A stretch of DNA of 64,000 bases, taken from contig NOWV01000267.1 of NCBI GenBank assembly GCA_003344405.1, forward strand, positions 1 to 64,000, in the 5' to 3' direction. Position 1 is the stretch's first letter. Each line of letters opens with the position of its first letter. Below the pieces are notes generated by a model. That model had not been told where the DNA came from. It saw only the letters and a program-made list of their open reading frames with translations, and ran no database searches. Below, piece by piece: positions 59,723 to 64,000 of this stretch. Origin of the DNA: Trichoplax sp. H2. Taxonomy: Eukaryota. The translations under genes and the position numbers were made by a program.

Positions 59723-62700
59723 TTATGGCATCATTGCATCTTCTGGTATCTCAAGGTCTCGACACTTTGAATTTGTTATTTCACGGCGAATTTCACTTGA
59801 TATCTAATTACAATTTTATATTAGTTTTTAAAATTTGCTAGTTACCTAGCGTTATCAATGGGTTATAGCAGCATACCTGATTATGCTTTTGCACTTCACA
59901 AATATCTAATAATGCAGTCTTTTGATCGCTAGAAATATCTTCTTTATATCTTCAGCCGTTGCAAGAATAAAAACATAGTAATAGATTAATAACTGTTGCA
60001 TAATATAATGATCGTTTAGCTAACTAATGGCCTATAACTATAAGGCTGTACGGCGTTTGATATACAGTACCTTTGCACGAATGTTAGGAAGCACTGGTGC
60101 CATAATACTGGCAGCCGTCTTTTCTCTGACCTAAATCTGCAGGAAATAATTTTAAGTAATTACCAAGTCGTCCATTGGGGATAATGAAACATTTTAACAG
60201 GCTTACCTTAGGAAATGGAATACTAAAGCATCGATAACTTTATATGGCATGGTATAGCCTTTATCAAGTAAAATTCTGATAAAAATACTATTTGCACCTA
60301 TATAAAATTCGGAAGAATGATTTATTATTTTTAGCTAATGTCCAAACTTTGATAACCGGTAGGATAATATAGACTGACAAGAGAAGATGTAGTTTCTCAT
60401 ACATCAAATACCTGTGTATTCCAATTCTGTGAGTTTTAAAATAGCAGCACATGCATGAAGTGAAGTAATACTCGTTTTATTTAAAATACTTCCAATAATG
60501 ACAGCTTCACGTAATGAGCAATTTCTAGCCTAAAAATATTTTATTTTTGAAAGTTAATTTCATTTCCTAATTTTATAGATGGCTAATATGTTAAATTCAA
60601 AGGTTAACATTTGTAATTATACGAACCTCACATAACGGAAGTAAAATACCCTTGAAAAACGCCGATGGTTTAAATAGTGCCTTTTTAAGAGCCTGAAAAT
60701 AGTGATCTGGTTTAATTTGCTGACATAAATTTAAGAGCAAATCTGAATTTCAATGGAGCAGAAAGTAGTCACGATGATAATATACTAACCATGTATAGAT
60801 GGTAGTTTAAACGTTTATACTCAGCAATATCATCGCGAACTCTCGGTAGTAGTACCAGATTATAGAATCGTTGGACTTTTCTTGCTGTAAGATTTGAAGA
60901 CAAGATTCGAGTCGCTTCGTACATTGCCGCTGCGGTCCAATTTTCAGGCTCGGTAATGCAAACCAGCTACAAGAAGAATTTTAACCATTTAGATGTTTAC
61001 CCAATAGTACAGTAGTAGAATGATAGACATACCAGAAAAAGTTGTAACCTTTTTACACTCATTGACGACTGGAATAAAGGTACATAAATGAAACAATGAC
61101 CAATATAATCTTGCTTACCTCTTCCCAGTTTGGAACACAGGCTAAATAATTGAATGGCTTAGGCAAACGTCCAGATCTAAACTTGCTTAGCAGTTCTCCA
61201 ACTCTACATTCACAGGTCGTTTAAATTTGACGAGATTAACTTATTGTATTGGAATATTTAGTACAATTCGATCAAATGCTGGTATATTTTTTCTGTTTTT
61301 AGTAGTCGAACATCAAAAGCGTTTAATCGAATAAATTTTAACTCTTACTTTCTGAAGTACATGACTAATTTCTGATCTAGTGGTGCATGCCTTGTTATTG
61401 ATCCACTATCTGTCAAAATAGCATGATAAAAACCAATTCCATTAAAAAAGATCTACTTTCTGTACATAAATTTACGTCTGAAATTCTTTCGAAGAGGTAT
61501 TTCTATGTTTATTGTTTTCATCAACAACCTGACATTTGGCTTTGGAATTCGATATGTTTTTCGTTAATCTTTTCCTTGATAAAATCACCTAAAGTCATTC
61601 TTTTATCAGGCTCTACTGACATAAATAATTGCAATGCCTTTTCATCCTCCTTGTCTAGTTTCTAAATGTCAAATACATCGTAAGTTATGAATCTGTAATC
61701 CTGCAAAATCGCCCGATTGACCAAAGATTAATTTGTATATGGTAAAGCGATAACACAGTATAGTACTTACGATCGCTCCGGTTAGGTCTGCCTCGGAAAT
61801 TTCTACATCTGATCCTTCGTCGCTATTAGCTTCACCATCAGCTTCACTATCATTGTCGAAATGGTCTCCTAGACTAGTAGTGGGTTGAGGACGTTTCTTA
61901 ATTCGTTTTCTTTGTGCAGGGTGAACATCATCTAATCCCTCCTCGATTTCATCTTGTTGTTCCCTGGCTTGCTGGAGAATTTTGCCAGATAGTCTTTCTG
62001 TAACATACTTTTATTTTAATGATTACAAGTTAGAAAATTGGGGATACTGTGCGTGAGCATTGTCAAAGTAGTAACAACGGTTTGTAAATTGAAATAGAAA
62101 TATGTACATGTATTGTAAATTTAAAATTGCGCAGTTAATTGTTTAAATAAATGAATTTAGAATCGTGAAATAGGTGAAGTTGGCATTTACGTAATTTATT
62201 GTGCAAAGTAAAGCGGATTTTATGATATGGAATATAGAGGTCGGTTTCAGTTAAGAGCACTATGAGACTCCTATGATAAACGCATAGCACTGTACCTCTT
62301 CTACGGTACAACATAGCTCTTCATAGTTATGATGAAGTAACAACATTGCTCTTCATAGTTATGATAAAGTAACCAGAATTGGGGGTAAGTTTGTCATAAA
62401 GTCGTTTTAATAGGCGTTGAAGGTTTAACTATCAGATACTATGTGTGAGGCAAATTAGAGTCATAGAGTAATTCATTTTTTTTGCTTCTGATGAACTACT
62501 TGGCAAAGTTGTAGCTTCATTTTATGCTGTTGATGAACCCAGAATACAATTACATGTTGAGTAAGAACTGTCCTATTGAAAGTTCTAGCTTTGAGGTAAT
62601 ATGAGCTATCTTTCTTTTGTTAGAAATTGAGGCAGAATTGTTCCATCATGACAAAATACAAATAGCAAGCAGTACTTCGTCGACAATAAAAAGTGCAACC

Positions 62701-63834
62701 AAAAGTTAACAGTGTTACCCGTCTATTGGGAATCTTGGATCAGGTGTCCATTCTGACTAGGGTAAGCCTTTGTAACAAACATTTATTGAAGGTAATGCAG
62801 GAATACTTCATATCCATACACTGATCGTCAGCATGAACAGTAATGATGGATAAATATGAACTAGATAGCACTGTAGTCTGTTGTCATACACTACTAGTGA
62901 CAAAGTAGTCTGCACACGCTAATGCTTATGAAGAACGCCTCTTACTGACTTAAAGAGGCAAGATTCGTTATATCACCAAATAATTCAGTTCCAACGACCG
63001 AATACTATAGTATAATGTAGACGAGGTAGTCCGAGATTGATTACTATTTATTACTGAAGAAATCTTGACAACCAAGATTATAGTCTGGACAATTTAATAG
63101 CAATTGACAAACTAGTTGGCTAACTGACCGACTAACTAACTAAAAAGTGGTCTTAATCATTAGAACGAGCTTACGCATCGTAACATCTGTTGACTCCGCT
63201 ACAACGCTACCTAGTGTTAGTTTTCAGCATCTTATAAGGACAGGGGAATGGATGGCTTGCAAGGGAATGATGGAAATAATTGATCAATTGTATCCAAAAT
63301 TGTAGTGAATACAAGTGAAAAATTTCATACCTAGGCAGTTGTAATCCTATTGCAATTGCACGCTAATTCATAGAAGATTATGTTATCATTACTGTTTGTA
63401 AGTGGAACCTAGTTGTGATTTGGAGGTCATTCGTCTATGTTGTAGAGCACAAATGAGCTGGAGGAATTATCGATCAAGAGCATTTTAGAAGTATTCAACA
63501 GCGAGCTGTTTCATTCTCGTTGCGATCCATGAAGCATTACAGCGAGTTAATTGATTCTAGTTGGCATCCATCCATAGAAAGTTCAACTAGTATGCAATCT
63601 TATACATCTCATGAATACTGAACTAATCTCAAAGTGATATAGATACAATGATCTACTGGTAGGGTAAGAAAGTAAGTCTAAATTGTTACCATCCATTGCG
63701 CATTGATTGAAGCTTACCGGATCAGTTTTTTCGACACGTTTTCGCCTCTTATTTCTGCCGCTTGGTTTGGCATGCACATCACCAATAATATCATCGGCAA
63801 GCCCTCGATTTCTTTGCTCTTTCTTGTCACTCAT
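59723..63834 (-). CDS. BYSL: Bystin (40S biogenesis factor, Enp1 orthologue), multi-exon
   Basis: [179 protein letters not shown]. Confidence 0.95.
62308..62373. repeat. 32-bp direct tandem duplication in BYSL intron 1
   Basis: ACAACAT(A/T)GCTCTTCATAGTTATGAT(G/A)AAGTA at 62308 and 62340. Confidence 0.85.
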
Positions 63835-64000
63835 CTCTTAATCGATGTGTCAATTCGAGTTTAATGATTTTCAGCTTCTGCAATAACTTGGCAATAGATC
63901 GAAAATGCTCTTGTAGACGTTGTCATTTATTGATTGGATCTCCTGCTCCCTTTGAGCTGTTGATGGCTTGTAGGTTGAGTATGGGCTGTAGTAGACTAGT

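Overview
AT-rich eukaryotic (animal) genomic DNA with compact multi-exon genes and mostly short GT-AG introns. The style suggests an early-branching metazoan such as a placozoan (Trichoplax-like); this is an inference, not a database match. Eight spliced genes were reconstructed by hand: MRPS28 (+), a Hey-type bHLH-Orange factor (-), INTS9 (+), EIF2B4 (+), AK2 (-), a GGT7-like gamma-glutamyltransferase (+), SNX17 (-) and bystin/BYSL (-). Most entries in the ORF track are exon fragments or spurious. Non-coding features include a CSL/Su(H) and E-box cluster at Hey, a family of tiny CA(A/G)GGACT-ended palindromic MITE-like elements, a DINE/HINE-like element with 144-bp internal repeats, many intronic tandem repeats and a compact pseudoknot-like sequence. 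No tRNA, rRNA, CRISPR array or transposase ORF was recognised. I could not demonstrate a wholly new biological system. The best leads are the ancient microsynteny, the Notch-type Hey regulatory module, the minimal transposon families and an unexplained coding-like patch at about 58.5-59.3 kb.
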